Of a stretch of 64,000 nt of DNA, positions 28,701-36,858 are shown in pieces. The stretch comes from Candidatus Woesebacteria bacterium (GTDB lineage: Bacteria > Patescibacteriota > Microgenomatia > UBA8517). Below the pieces are notes generated by a model. That model had not been told where the DNA came from and made no database searches. It saw only the letters and a program-made list of their open reading frames with translations. The DNA lies in assembly GCA_013374855.1 (NCBI GenBank), contig CP055308.1, positions 465,833-529,832 on the forward strand, in the 5' to 3' direction. Position 1 is the stretch's first letter, and each line of letters opens with the position of its first letter. The translations under genes were made by a program, and so were the position numbers.

Positions 28701-31700
28701 GTTTATTTATTGGGAGAAAAATTAAACAGTTTTTCTATTCCTTCAGACGGAAGTGTTGTCAACGCGGGTAATTATTCTTCCGGTAGTTATGCTCTGATTG
28801 CCTCGGGTGTTTATAACTATGGAGATCCTCGGATGAATGCTGATGCGGCTAATTCATATCGTTATGTTGGTCTTCCTTGCGCCGGTTCAACTGATGGTTG
28901 GGTTAACGGCGAAGCCTCAAGTTGTATGAGCAACTATTTGTCTTTAAATTTATCAACAAGTGGCGGGCCAACTGCTCCGGGTTGGGGACTGTACTACAAT
29001 CCTGAGCATATATATGCAAAAGCATTTACGGGTGGAAATTTGCAGGCAAAAATTTGGGATACTTGTAGTTTAAGTCAGCCAGAAGGCTGTTATGGTGATA
29101 ACGAAGGAAAATTGAAACTTGATGTTTATAAAGGTTATGTTGGCGATACTGGGAATGACGGATGTGTCACCTTTAATAATGTCCCTTATGGCAGTTATCA
29201 ATTGGACGAAGTGTTAAAAGAAGGATGGAGAAAAGAGTCTGGCCAAGGAGAAGTTGTGGTAGATGGTTCTTCAGAAGTTTTCAGTTTAATTAACGCTTTA
29301 AATTATGGTTCAATTTCAGGAAAGAAATATGATGGTTCGGAGGAAGGAACGGTACTTTCCGGTTGGTCAATAGTTTTGACAGGTAACTCTCATGTTTCTT
29401 CTTTAAATGTTCCTGCTAATGGGGAAGTTGTTAATTCTGCTCCTTTAGAATCAGGCAAGAAATATTTAGTAAAAGTTTCTGGCGCAGCTCAAGCGGGTGA
29501 CAATATTCACTTTGACGCTGAGTGTGCCAGTGATGGCGGAGTGACGCCTTGGATTAATGGTGTTCCACGATATTTATCCTATGGCGAAAATCTCTTAGAC
29601 CTAAAAATTAATGACAATTTTGTTGATTGGGGCAGTTGTGAGCCGGTAAATCATACTTATTATTATTTGCTTAATGGTAATGGCAGTCCGGTATCTTTTA
29701 AGGTTTATGATATTTATTACCCAAATAACACTGGAAGTTTAACGGTTGAAATTTATGAAGTGGTGAAAGAGGATGTTACTGACAGTACTGGTTATGGTTG
29801 GAATGATGTTTTAGCTGGAGATTATCAACTTTGCGAGATTATTCAGACAGGTTGGAATCAAACTAAACCGGGAACATTTGGTGCTCCAACTTGTTATTCT
29901 GTAAAAGTTACCCCTGGTTCTAATCAAACTTTTGATTTTGTTAATTTTAAGCTTGGAACTATTCAGGGTAGAAAGTATGAAGATTTAAATGGTAATGGTT
30001 CAGAAAACAGTGGTGAACCATATCTTAATGGATGGACAATTAGGCTTTATAAAGAGGGTGAGGGTTGGGATTTAGTTGATTCAAAGACCACAGGACACAC
30101 TGGCGTGTTGGGCGAGTATAAATTTGAGAATCTTGAACCTGGCAGGTATAGGGTTTGTGAAGTTCTTAAAGATGGTTGGGTTCAAACTTCGCCAACTGGA
30201 GTAACTAACAACATTGCTTCTGATGAGGCACCAAGCTGTCGGGTTGTTAATATTAATACTTCAGCTCAGATTTTAACTGATGAGAACTTTGGCAACTTTA
30301 AGCTAGGTAGAATTTATGGCTATAAGTATGATGAAGATGGGGAAACTGGGATTGGAGGTTGGAAGATATTTATAGATAATGATGGGGATAAAAGCTTTGA
30401 CGAAGGTGAAGTGTCGGTTCAGACTGGAAATGATGGCTATTTTGAATTTACAGGATTGACTTCTGGTACTTACAATGTGTGCGAGGTTGAACAAAGTGGT
30501 TGGCAGAGGATGTATCCTGTGGGAACTAACTGTCAGTCTATTGACATAAAATCAGGATCAGAAAAAGAAATTTATTTCCAAAACAGAAAGGTTGTTTTGG
30601 GATTGACTCTTACCAAGTTAAACGACGCTGTTTTGGGTTTGTCAGCAGGAGGGCAGATTAATTATAAGTTAGTAATTAAAAACACGGGTAATCAATCCTT
30701 GAGTGGTGTTACTATTAAAGACGCCCCAGCTGGTGGTTTTACATTTGTCGCAGGAAGTGGTTTTTTGGGTAGTGACCCAATAACGCCAACATTTAGCGGT
30801 GGTTATATTGAATGGTATATTGGCGTCTTAGCTGCAGGGGAAGAGAAAACTTTAACCTACAAGATGCAGACAGGTTCTGATCTTGTTAATGGAGTTTATC
30901 CAAATATTGCAATAGCGACAGGTATTTATACTCCTTCTGAATATGTTCCAGAGGAAGTTGTGGGGATATTTAGTCCAATTGTGGTTGAGGCTTTGGCAGT
31001 AGACGATAATGCAGAAGAAGGACAAAGAATAGAAAGTAATGAAGGAACACCTGTTAATTCTGAGGTAAGGATTGCCTCTAGCCTCTCTTATTCAACCGGA
31101 GTTGGCTCAACAGGGCAAGTTCTGGGTGCTTCAACTGAAGTGGGAGGCCAAGTATTGCCTGCTGCTGGTTCTTCTACTTGGAATCTTGCGCTTGCGCTTT
31201 TGTCTTTGATATTTGGTTTTGGGTTAAAAGCGTTAGGTATTGCAGTTGAAAGAGGGAAAATCGACACAAGAAGAGTTAGAAGGGGTCTTAAAAAAGCAAG
31301 CTTATTCTTGTCATCTTTGGCTTTGTTTTTGGTTTTGGCTTCTACAACTAAGGCTTTTTCTGATTATGTTTATATAACAAAACTTGATTCTTATCTAAAT
31401 AAAGAAAACTTTTACCTTTCCTACTCAGCTTTGTCTGAAAATCCGATTTCGGCGCAATTTTATGTAAGAAGAGATGGAGATGCTACATGGAGAACTGTGG
31501 GTAGCTTGCTAAATGGCGCTTCAGGACAGGTTGAAGTAAAGTCTGGTGATATTTACGGCGGTGATGGAAAATACTTCTTTAAGGTAGTTATAAATAGTGG
31601 AACAGCATCAGACGAAACCTCAACAACAATAGACAGAAGCAGCCCAGATCCAGTTCGGGATTATAGAAAAGAGAAGATTTCAGATGGGCATTATAAGCTT

Positions 31701-32225
31701 CATTGGAGAAATCCTGATAATATTGATTTTGATAAAGTAAAGATTTATCGTTCAGAAAACACTAATTTTACTGCTGATTCTTCAACTGAAGTTGGCACTG
31801 TTTGGGGGACAGCTGGGTCTGAGATGACTTGGGAGAATGCTGCAGCGCCTGGGAAAGAATACTATTTTGCTATAAGAGCAATAGACAAAGCAGGCAATGC
31901 TTCTTCTGTTGTTGCAGATCCAGAAACGCAAGTGGTAGCTGGTGCTGTCTTGGGTGAATCAACTAAAGCTCCAGAAACAGAAGAGGTAAAGATTTTGCCA
32001 AAAGAAAAGAAAGGCGAAGTTTTAGGAGAAGAAAAAGATGCTAGCAAAGGGGAAGCTACCACAGAAAGCACCCCTTCTCCAGAGAGTGAAAAAGAAGAGA
32101 CTGGTGGAGTTTTGGGACAGGCTGTTAAATTTGCCAAGGAGAAAACAAAACTGACTCTTGTTATTGCTCTTCTTTTGGGTCTTGCTTCTTACTTTGCCTC
32201 AAAGTTTTTAAGGAGAAGAGGTTAA
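25794..32225 (+). CDS. giant (2143 aa) cell-surface protein with Cna-B/SdrD-B-like and DUF11-like repeats, FN3-like domain, Pro/Thr/Glu-rich linker, internal LPAAG sorting-signal-like segment and C-terminal TM anchor
   Basis: Signal peptide, then a PT-rich low-complexity tract (aa 40-110, nt about 25910-26120). At least five repeats carry the G.Y.(V/L)CE....GW motif (GRYRVCEVLKDGW, GTYNVCEVEQSGW, GDYQLCEIIQTGW, GSYQLDEVLKEGW). A DUF11-like block spans nt about 30594-30930. LPAAG at 31155-31169 is followed by a hydrophobic stretch, RRVRRGLKK, and a second signal-like segment. An FN3-like block follows (YKLHWRNPDN...YYFAIRAIDKAGN), then the final hydrophobic segment plus RRRG. Confidence 0.8.
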   Translation: MNKKIVFKLFSLVSAFSILFNLFYTPLYVLAQETGSQTDQSTPAPTLAVETNPTPEVTFTPEPNQTPEATSTPESTPTPEEVSTPTATPTSEPTIEPTPTLLPGPEVVLGEKTESSSSPTNLPTSFDTSDSDKVFESSAQLFLTDASVEKECLADQNVIDSQDVDWYISTDSGYAQTKSNVQIGVRYVFPLENKVTLTFKCLPKDESLRSSLKIQKVKVSDLNLPEGLNPYGEWAYDITTGMKDGTFEYDITLPKPENQEAKVFYMEDVSGEVKNVEDEKINQEGDKIRVESLDHFSVFYLVTVSPGGVNSLEKFDSLSDWITSNSSVASGSGDDSPLDGNFAKIDAGGYICRDVDALGFQNLLLQFYWKGDKDAGSHDNGYVYVKKGGNCSDDDGWTKVYKADLDTNRDKNGYPQWSSQISINLNSSFSNSNFKIKFKNSSNDASDEFFRVDNFKITGTKINWPDDWTVPSCYLDPTGESGVGNTRVDLDGTSTSKPAASYKWTNDYLYLRFRVDGNPGTASNPDNFAWSVLVQNTPPKYQYLITLDGLNNQLKILENNQSTASNVTWNPILNDPAETLLWSGPSSMYANIVHDSSTVDDHYIILAVPISALPSSVTSSSIFYFATAADINNFNKDHLNCYEQPQTGLIRVEKSVKEGNTWTNQAESISLFKWRVDDETQWRDMGTSVELSAGSHSITENSVIGYQFDGWYYAGSGNGSCISPEGTILPINLNIVAGQQKEIVLCNSRLPYCGDGIKNGEEQCDGTDGVTPGQNFCTKSCTLVPIYDGEDSCPAGTVKSQTPILSKVISATDPDGETFNLDIGGKYIFEVSGTYSYDKNNSGKLADAAYGTKDNWSSTRTDIGIWGTNRGVTSLLADLGSGVGVVEWDNNQMFNPDHTYQKYYSPTKNSVQFLISDWYDNWFNSSYNNQSAMSDNSGSLTLNVYKCEPVSEVKICKYDNNQQPLSGWRVYLLGEKLNSFSIPSDGSVVNAGNYSSGSYALIASGVYNYGDPRMNADAANSYRYVGLPCAGSTDGWVNGEASSCMSNYLSLNLSTSGGPTAPGWGLYYNPEHIYAKAFTGGNLQAKIWDTCSLSQPEGCYGDNEGKLKLDVYKGYVGDTGNDGCVTFNNVPYGSYQLDEVLKEGWRKESGQGEVVVDGSSEVFSLINALNYGSISGKKYDGSEEGTVLSGWSIVLTGNSHVSSLNVPANGEVVNSAPLESGKKYLVKVSGAAQAGDNIHFDAECASDGGVTPWINGVPRYLSYGENLLDLKINDNFVDWGSCEPVNHTYYYLLNGNGSPVSFKVYDIYYPNNTGSLTVEIYEVVKEDVTDSTGYGWNDVLAGDYQLCEIIQTGWNQTKPGTFGAPTCYSVKVTPGSNQTFDFVNFKLGTIQGRKYEDLNGNGSENSGEPYLNGWTIRLYKEGEGWDLVDSKTTGHTGVLGEYKFENLEPGRYRVCEVLKDGWVQTSPTGVTNNIASDEAPSCRVVNINTSAQILTDENFGNFKLGRIYGYKYDEDGETGIGGWKIFIDNDGDKSFDEGEVSVQTGNDGYFEFTGLTSGTYNVCEVEQSGWQRMYPVGTNCQSIDIKSGSEKEIYFQNRKVVLGLTLTKLNDAVLGLSAGGQINYKLVIKNTGNQSLSGVTIKDAPAGGFTFVAGSGFLGSDPITPTFSGGYIEWYIGVLAAGEEKTLTYKMQTGSDLVNGVYPNIAIATGIYTPSEYVPEEVVGIFSPIVVEALAVDDNAEEGQRIESNEGTPVNSEVRIASSLSYSTGVGSTGQVLGASTEVGGQVLPAAGSSTWNLALALLSLIFGFGLKALGIAVERGKIDTRRVRRGLKKASLFLSSLALFLVLASTTKAFSDYVYITKLDSYLNKENFYLSYSALSENPISAQFYVRRDGDATWRTVGSLLNGASGQVEVKSGDIYGGDGKYFFKVVINSGTASDETSTTIDRSSPDPVRDYRKEKISDGHYKLHWRNPDNIDFDKVKIYRSENTNFTADSSTEVGTVWGTAGSEMTWENAAAPGKEYYFAIRAIDKAGNASSVVADPETQVVAGAVLGESTKAPETEEVKILPKEKKGEVLGEEKDASKGEATTESTPSPESEKEETGGVLGQAVKFAKEKTKLTLVIALLLGLASYFASKFLRRRG

Positions 32226-32238
32226 AGATTTACCACCC

Positions 32239-32263
32239 TTGGACAGGATCCGACCCTGTCCAG
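32239..32263. terminator. GC-rich hairpin between convergent genes (possible bidirectional terminator)
   Basis: TTGGACAGG atccgac CCTGTCCAG: a 9-bp stem with a 7-nt loop, lying between the 32225(+) and 32270(-) stops. The flanking U-tracts are weak. Confidence 0.35.
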
Positions 32264-32269
32264 AAATTA

Positions 32270-33730
32270 TCATTCTATTTTAAAAAGCATTAGTGAGTCT
32301 GAAGGTGTTTCTTTCCAAGGAGGTTTATTGATTTCTTTAATTAAACTAATATTTGGATTTTGAACAAAATTTGATTTGTGGATTATAAAGTAGGTCTCTT
32401 TTTCTTTCGCAGCTTCATATACATAAGGCTCAAGGTATGAGTTGCTATACCAGATTTCAACACTGGGGTTATTAAAAAGATAAATTCCAATTCCATCAGG
32501 GAGTGTTCCGAAAGCGCCTGCCGTGACCAGTAAAATACTTTTTTCTTTTGCTTTCTCTTCTATAAATTCTGCCATTTCTTTGAGCCCATATCCGGCAGTC
32601 CATCCTTCAAAGTAACCTTCTTTTTCTTTTGCGGGTAGATTTGCATTTTGTGGATCTTTCAATAAATGAAAATCAAAAATTAAAGCTGGTATTAACAAAG
32701 TAATTGTGATTGCGACAACAATAAGCTTATTTTTAATGTTTTCTGTTATTTTGGAAAGGGAATAACTGGCAATGAAAATGAATGGTACTACGCTTGGTAG
32801 AATGTATCTTGCTGTATATACCTTAAGTAGGGAGGTTAAAGCAAGAAATGGTATAAGACCCCACAGTAAGATAACAATGTTTGTTCTTTCCCTTTTATAT
32901 AGAGAATAAAAGACGCCGAATATGAAAAGTATAAAAGCTGGCCAAGTCATCATTTTAGTCATAAAATCAAAGCTTAGTTTTATATTTCCTAGGAAAGGGT
33001 CAAATGGAACTTCCCAAAGTCGGCTTATTTGAAAGTGATAGTATTGGTCTCTTTCTGAAAGTTTTTCAAAATTTGAACTTATTCTAAGCAAGTTGATAAT
33101 TCCAAATCCAATAAAAGCTGCTATTGCAAGATTTTTTATAGATTTTTTAACTTCTTTTTTCTTTGCTGTAATTAAGGCTGTGGGTAAAGCGATGAAGTTA
33201 AAAATGCCGGGGGTTTTTGTAAGGTAAGATAATCCAAGTAGTACTCCCAGTAAGATAGTTTTTTTGATTGAACCTGTGTTTACTACTTCTAGAGTCATAA
33301 TAAGTGACCAGAAAGAAAGACCAGCAAGAAGAGAATCAACTAATGCCATTCTGTCAAAGAATACCAAAAACGGAATAATTGCAAATAATATTCCGGCGAT
33401 AATGGTGGTTTGTTGGTTAAAAAATCTTTTTCCAATGTAGATCGAACCTAGGATTGAAATTAACCCAAAAATAACTGATGTAATTCTTCCAGCAATTAAG
33501 GGATCTTTTATTGTTTTAAGAAAAGGTATCATAAGCCACATAAAAAGTGGGGTTTTGCCATCTGTTAGCGGGATGAATAGGTTTTCTTTTGGAGATTGAA
33601 TTATTTTTTGTGTCCAGCGTATGTATATTCCTTCATCACAAAACACTGGTTGGAGGTCTAGATTTATTGTTCGTAGAACAAGGTATAAAGCTAAAAAAAT
33701 AATGAGTATAAAATTATTTTTGTTTCTCAT
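32270..33730 (-). CDS. GT-C membrane glycosyltransferase, GT39/GT83 (PMT/ArnT-like) family
   Basis: More than ten TM helices, a conserved first-loop DE motif (PVFCDEGIYIRW), and a C-terminal extracytoplasmic domain. Confidence 0.75.
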   Translation of the reverse strand: MRNKNNFILIIFLALYLVLRTINLDLQPVFCDEGIYIRWTQKIIQSPKENLFIPLTDGKTPLFMWLMIPFLKTIKDPLIAGRITSVIFGLISILGSIYIGKRFFNQQTTIIAGILFAIIPFLVFFDRMALVDSLLAGLSFWSLIMTLEVVNTGSIKKTILLGVLLGLSYLTKTPGIFNFIALPTALITAKKKEVKKSIKNLAIAAFIGFGIINLLRISSNFEKLSERDQYYHFQISRLWEVPFDPFLGNIKLSFDFMTKMMTWPAFILFIFGVFYSLYKRERTNIVILLWGLIPFLALTSLLKVYTARYILPSVVPFIFIASYSLSKITENIKNKLIVVAITITLLIPALIFDFHLLKDPQNANLPAKEKEGYFEGWTAGYGLKEMAEFIEEKAKEKSILLVTAGAFGTLPDGIGIYLFNNPSVEIWYSNSYLEPYVYEAAKEKETYFIIHKSNFVQNPNISLIKEINKPPWKETPSDSLMLFKIE

Positions 33731-33787
33731 ATGATTAAATTATAACTTTATAGAAGAAGGTTTCTATTTTGTATTTTGTGAAAGATT

Positions 33788-33858
33788 GTGGACTTACCGA
33801 GAATCGAACTCGGATCTCACCCATGCGAAGGGTGCGTTTTACCATTAAACTATAAGCC
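33788..33858 (-). tRNA. tRNA-Ala (anticodon CGC)
   Basis: The reverse complement GGGCTTATAGTTTAATGGTAAAACGCACCCTTCGCATGGGTGAGATCCGAGTTCGATTCTCGGTAAGTCCA folds as a cloverleaf with the G3:U70 Ala identity pair, anticodon loop TTCGCAT and T-loop TTCGATT. CCA is not encoded. Confidence 0.9.
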
Positions 33859-33942
33859 CTAATCGTATTTTATTATATTCTAGAATGTCTTTCCAATGAA
33901 ATTGCTTGATAATAATTAGATTTTCATTGTCTTTTTTTTATA

Positions 33943-34983
33943 TTGTTGAAGTTATTTTTAGTTAAGGTTATCATTTATGTAATGACTGGTTTTGATTTTT
34001 TCAATCATCTTTTTTTGCCTCATCATTCTAACAACCAAAAGCCTCGTATTCTGCACCCCCCTGCTATTTTAATAGTTGTTTTTATTCTTCTTGGTTTCCA
34101 GATTTTTCTTCATCTTTTAAAACAAAGTAAACCTGATATTTTAGGATATGCATCAAAAATTTCACTGGAGGAAGTTTTGAGGCTAACCAATGAAAAAAGA
34201 CGTGAAGCTGGTCTGTCTCCACTAAAACTTGATCCAACCTTGTCGCAGGCTGCCAAAAACAAAGGGGAGGATATGTTGAACAAGGATTATTGGGCCCATG
34301 TTTCTCCTGATGGTATTGAACCTTGGAAATTTTTTCTTGATGCAGGTTATAAATATCGCTACGCAGGGGAAAATTTGGCGCGGGATTTTTCTGATTCTGC
34401 TTCTATTGTCTCGGCTTGGATGGCTTCCCCCACCCACAGAGATAATATACTTTCACCAAAGTATGAGGATATTGGGCTTGCTGTTGTAGAAGGAGATTTA
34501 GCTGGAACCGATACTACTATAGTGGTTCAGCTTTTTGGAACAAGGCTTTCTACAACTGGAGAGGTTTCTCCTGTCGCACGGGCCAGATCAACTTCCTCGC
34601 CGAATAAGAATACAACAGCAGAGGCAAAGAATATCGAAAATACTTTGGTTCAAAAACCTCAACCAACTTTAATTCCAACTCCACAACCAGCTCAGTCTGT
34701 TAATTTGACAGACAGCAACTCTGTAGTACTTGAGGCAGGTACTTCACTTGAAAAAACAGGCTTTGGGAGTATTATTCCAAATATTTCTTTTGATCCTTTT
34801 GCTGTTTTTAAAGGTACATCTTTGTTTTTTCTCTTTCTTTTTCTTTTTGTCTTTATTCTTGATTTCTTTATTGTTAAAAAAAGAAATATTGTAAGAATTT
34901 CAGGCCGTACTTGGGCACATGTTTTGTTTTTATTGACATCTTTAATATTAGTGATGATAGTAAAAGCGGGTGAGATTTTATGA
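33943..34983 (+). CDS. CAP/SCP/PR1-like (YkwD-type) secreted domain protein with C-terminal TM anchor
   Basis: CAP-domain block NEKRREAGLSPLKLDPTLSQAAKNKGEDMLNKDYWAHVSPDG ... AWMASPTHRDNILSPKYEDIGLAV, followed by an S/T/P-rich linker and a C-terminal hydrophobic segment. Confidence 0.75.
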   Translation: MLKLFLVKVIIYVMTGFDFFNHLFLPHHSNNQKPRILHPPAILIVVFILLGFQIFLHLLKQSKPDILGYASKISLEEVLRLTNEKRREAGLSPLKLDPTLSQAAKNKGEDMLNKDYWAHVSPDGIEPWKFFLDAGYKYRYAGENLARDFSDSASIVSAWMASPTHRDNILSPKYEDIGLAVVEGDLAGTDTTIVVQLFGTRLSTTGEVSPVARARSTSSPNKNTTAEAKNIENTLVQKPQPTLIPTPQPAQSVNLTDSNSVVLEAGTSLEKTGFGSIIPNISFDPFAVFKGTSLFFLFLFLFVFILDFFIVKKRNIVRISGRTWAHVLFLLTSLILVMIVKAGEIL

Positions 34984-35240
34984 TAAATAGAATTAAGCAT
35001 TTACCACACTATTTTTCTTTGGTTGGGATTCTTTTGTCTTGTATTTTTGGATTTTTGTTTTTTTCTTATGATAAAGATTTTCAGGTTGCGATACTTTTAT
35101 CAACAGCTATTTCTTATGTTACTTGGGGAGTTGTCCATCACAAGCTAAATGATGATTTTTACCCTTCTGTTTTGTTTGAATATTTAGCAGTTGCATTTCT
35201 TGGGGTGGCTGTAGTTTTATCTTTGTTACTTGGTTTTTAG
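34980..35240 (+). CDS. small membrane protein, hypothetical
   Basis: 86 aa, three TM helices; overlaps the upstream stop by 4 bp. Confidence 0.45.
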   Translation: MINRIKHLPHYFSLVGILLSCIFGFLFFSYDKDFQVAILLSTAISYVTWGVVHHKLNDDFYPSVLFEYLAVAFLGVAVVLSLLLGF

Positions 35241-35278
35241 TTTGCTTCGGCAAGTGTTCGGGTAGTATAATAGAGAAT

Positions 35279-35785
35279 ATGATTTTGCCTAAAGAACTTG
35301 TTTTTTACAGTCCTTCTTTTGGAAGGATTAACTCAAGACAGATGGTTGAGAACATATCTGATTTTGTGAGAGAAGACCCTGTAGCTTTCTATAGATTGGT
35401 TATAGGGACTGATTCTCAAGTTCACAGAATCAATGGTAAATCTGAGGTTGATTTTGTTACAGCCGTAGTGGTTCATAGGCAAGGTAGGGGGGCACGATAT
35501 TTTTGGAGGAAGGAGAAAACTTTTGTGAAACAGCCTGTTTTGAGGGACAGAATTTACAATGAGACTTTGATTTCCTTGTCGGTAGCTCAGGAAATTGTGC
35601 CACTTTTGAGAAAGACTGTTTCTGCAGCTAAATATGATTTGGAAATTCATATTGACGTTGGGGCACTTGGTCCAACGCGGGAGATGATAAAAGAAGTTGT
35701 TGGGATGGTTAATGGAAATGGTTTTGTGGCGAAGACAAAACCGGAAAGTTGGGGTGCATCTTCTGTTGCAGATAAACACACTTAA
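35279..35785 (+). CDS. YkuK-like (DUF458, predicted RNase-H-like fold) protein
   Basis: The FYRLVIGTDSQVH ... AVVVHRQGRGARYFW ... IHIDVG pattern resembles the YkuK/DUF458 family; the assignment is from memory. Confidence 0.45.
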   Translation: MILPKELVFYSPSFGRINSRQMVENISDFVREDPVAFYRLVIGTDSQVHRINGKSEVDFVTAVVVHRQGRGARYFWRKEKTFVKQPVLRDRIYNETLISLSVAQEIVPLLRKTVSAAKYDLEIHIDVGALGPTREMIKEVVGMVNGNGFVAKTKPESWGASSVADKHT

Positions 35786-35800
35786 GGTATAATAGCTTTT

Positions 35801-35908
35801 ATGAAAGGCGTGGTTTTAGCCGGAGGTCTGGGGACAAGGCTTTATCCTCTGACTTATGCCACCAATAAATATCTTCTTCCTGTTTATGATAAACCAATGG
35901 TTTTTTAA
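35801..35908 (+). pseudogene. relic of glucose-1-phosphate thymidylyltransferase (rmlA/rfbA): first 35 codons only
   Basis: ATG plus [35 protein letters not shown], then TAA. This matches the RmlA N-terminus (GxGTRLxPxT nucleotide-binding loop, KQLLPIYDKPMIYY). No continuation appears in any frame downstream, and TATAAT lies just upstream. Confidence 0.7.
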
Positions 35909-36020
35909 GAAAGCTTTTATCTCAGATAGGGATTTGTCGTTAGATTTTGTCGAATTTAAAAGTGTGTTGAAAATATATTTTGCAGAGCATAATAATTTGA
36001 TAGAGTGGGGTATTTGGAGG

Positions 36021-36689
36021 CTAAATTTCTGTTTTTTGTTCTTTTTCAGTTGATTTTTGATGTCTCCACTCCTCTATTTTTTTATGATCTCCGCTTCTTA
36101 GCACTTCAGGAACTTCCCATCCTTTGTAATTTACTGGTCTTGTGTATTGAGGATAGTCAAAATTATCTCCTTTGGAGAATGTTTCATTTTCTGTTACTTC
36201 TTTTTCCAAAACTCCAGGAATGAGTCTCGTGACAGAATCAACAATTACCATTGCGGGAATCTCGCCACCTGTTAGGATATATTTTCCTATTGATATTTCT
36301 TCATCAATCAAATAGTCTATTATTCTTTGATCTACACCTTCATAATGTCCTGCAATAAGAATTAGATGGTCAATTTTAGACAATTCTTTGGCTTTATCTT
36401 GGTTGAAAATTTTGCCTTGTGGGCTAAGAAGAATAATTTTTCTTGATTTTGCTTTTGTTTTTTTCTTTATACTAGTAATGGCTTTGTCTATTGGTTCTAC
36501 TTTAAGAATCATTCCAGGACCACCGCCGAAAGGTCTGTCATCCGTGGTTTTGTGTTTATCAGTTGCCCAATCTCTTATGTTGTGGATGTTAATCTTAACT
36601 AGTTTTTTATCCTTTGCCTTTTTAATCATTGACACCTCAAAAGGCCCAGAAAACATTTCAGGGAATAGTGTTAGAATGTCTATAATCAT
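36021..36689 (-). CDS. trmD: tRNA (guanine37-N1)-methyltransferase
   Basis: MIIDILTLFPEMF N-terminus, LILIAGHYEGVDQR and GGEIPAMVIVDSVTRLIPGVL (SPOUT knot motifs). Confidence 0.9.
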   Translation of the reverse strand: MIIDILTLFPEMFSGPFEVSMIKKAKDKKLVKINIHNIRDWATDKHKTTDDRPFGGGPGMILKVEPIDKAITSIKKKTKAKSRKIILLSPQGKIFNQDKAKELSKIDHLILIAGHYEGVDQRIIDYLIDEEISIGKYILTGGEIPAMVIVDSVTRLIPGVLEKEVTENETFSKGDNFDYPQYTRPVNYKGWEVPEVLRSGDHKKIEEWRHQKSTEKEQKTEI

Positions 36690-36858
36690 TGAGTTATTTT
36701 AACATAAAACATTTTCCTAGATTTATTTGTTCGCGGTCATATCGGTATTAAAATGAAAGAAGAAGATTATAGCTGGTGTATTTTAGGGGCAAGTTTTTAG
36801 GAATGGTCTGTTTGGTTTGGGTGAGTGTATGGGTTATTTCCTTTGCTTAAGATAAATT

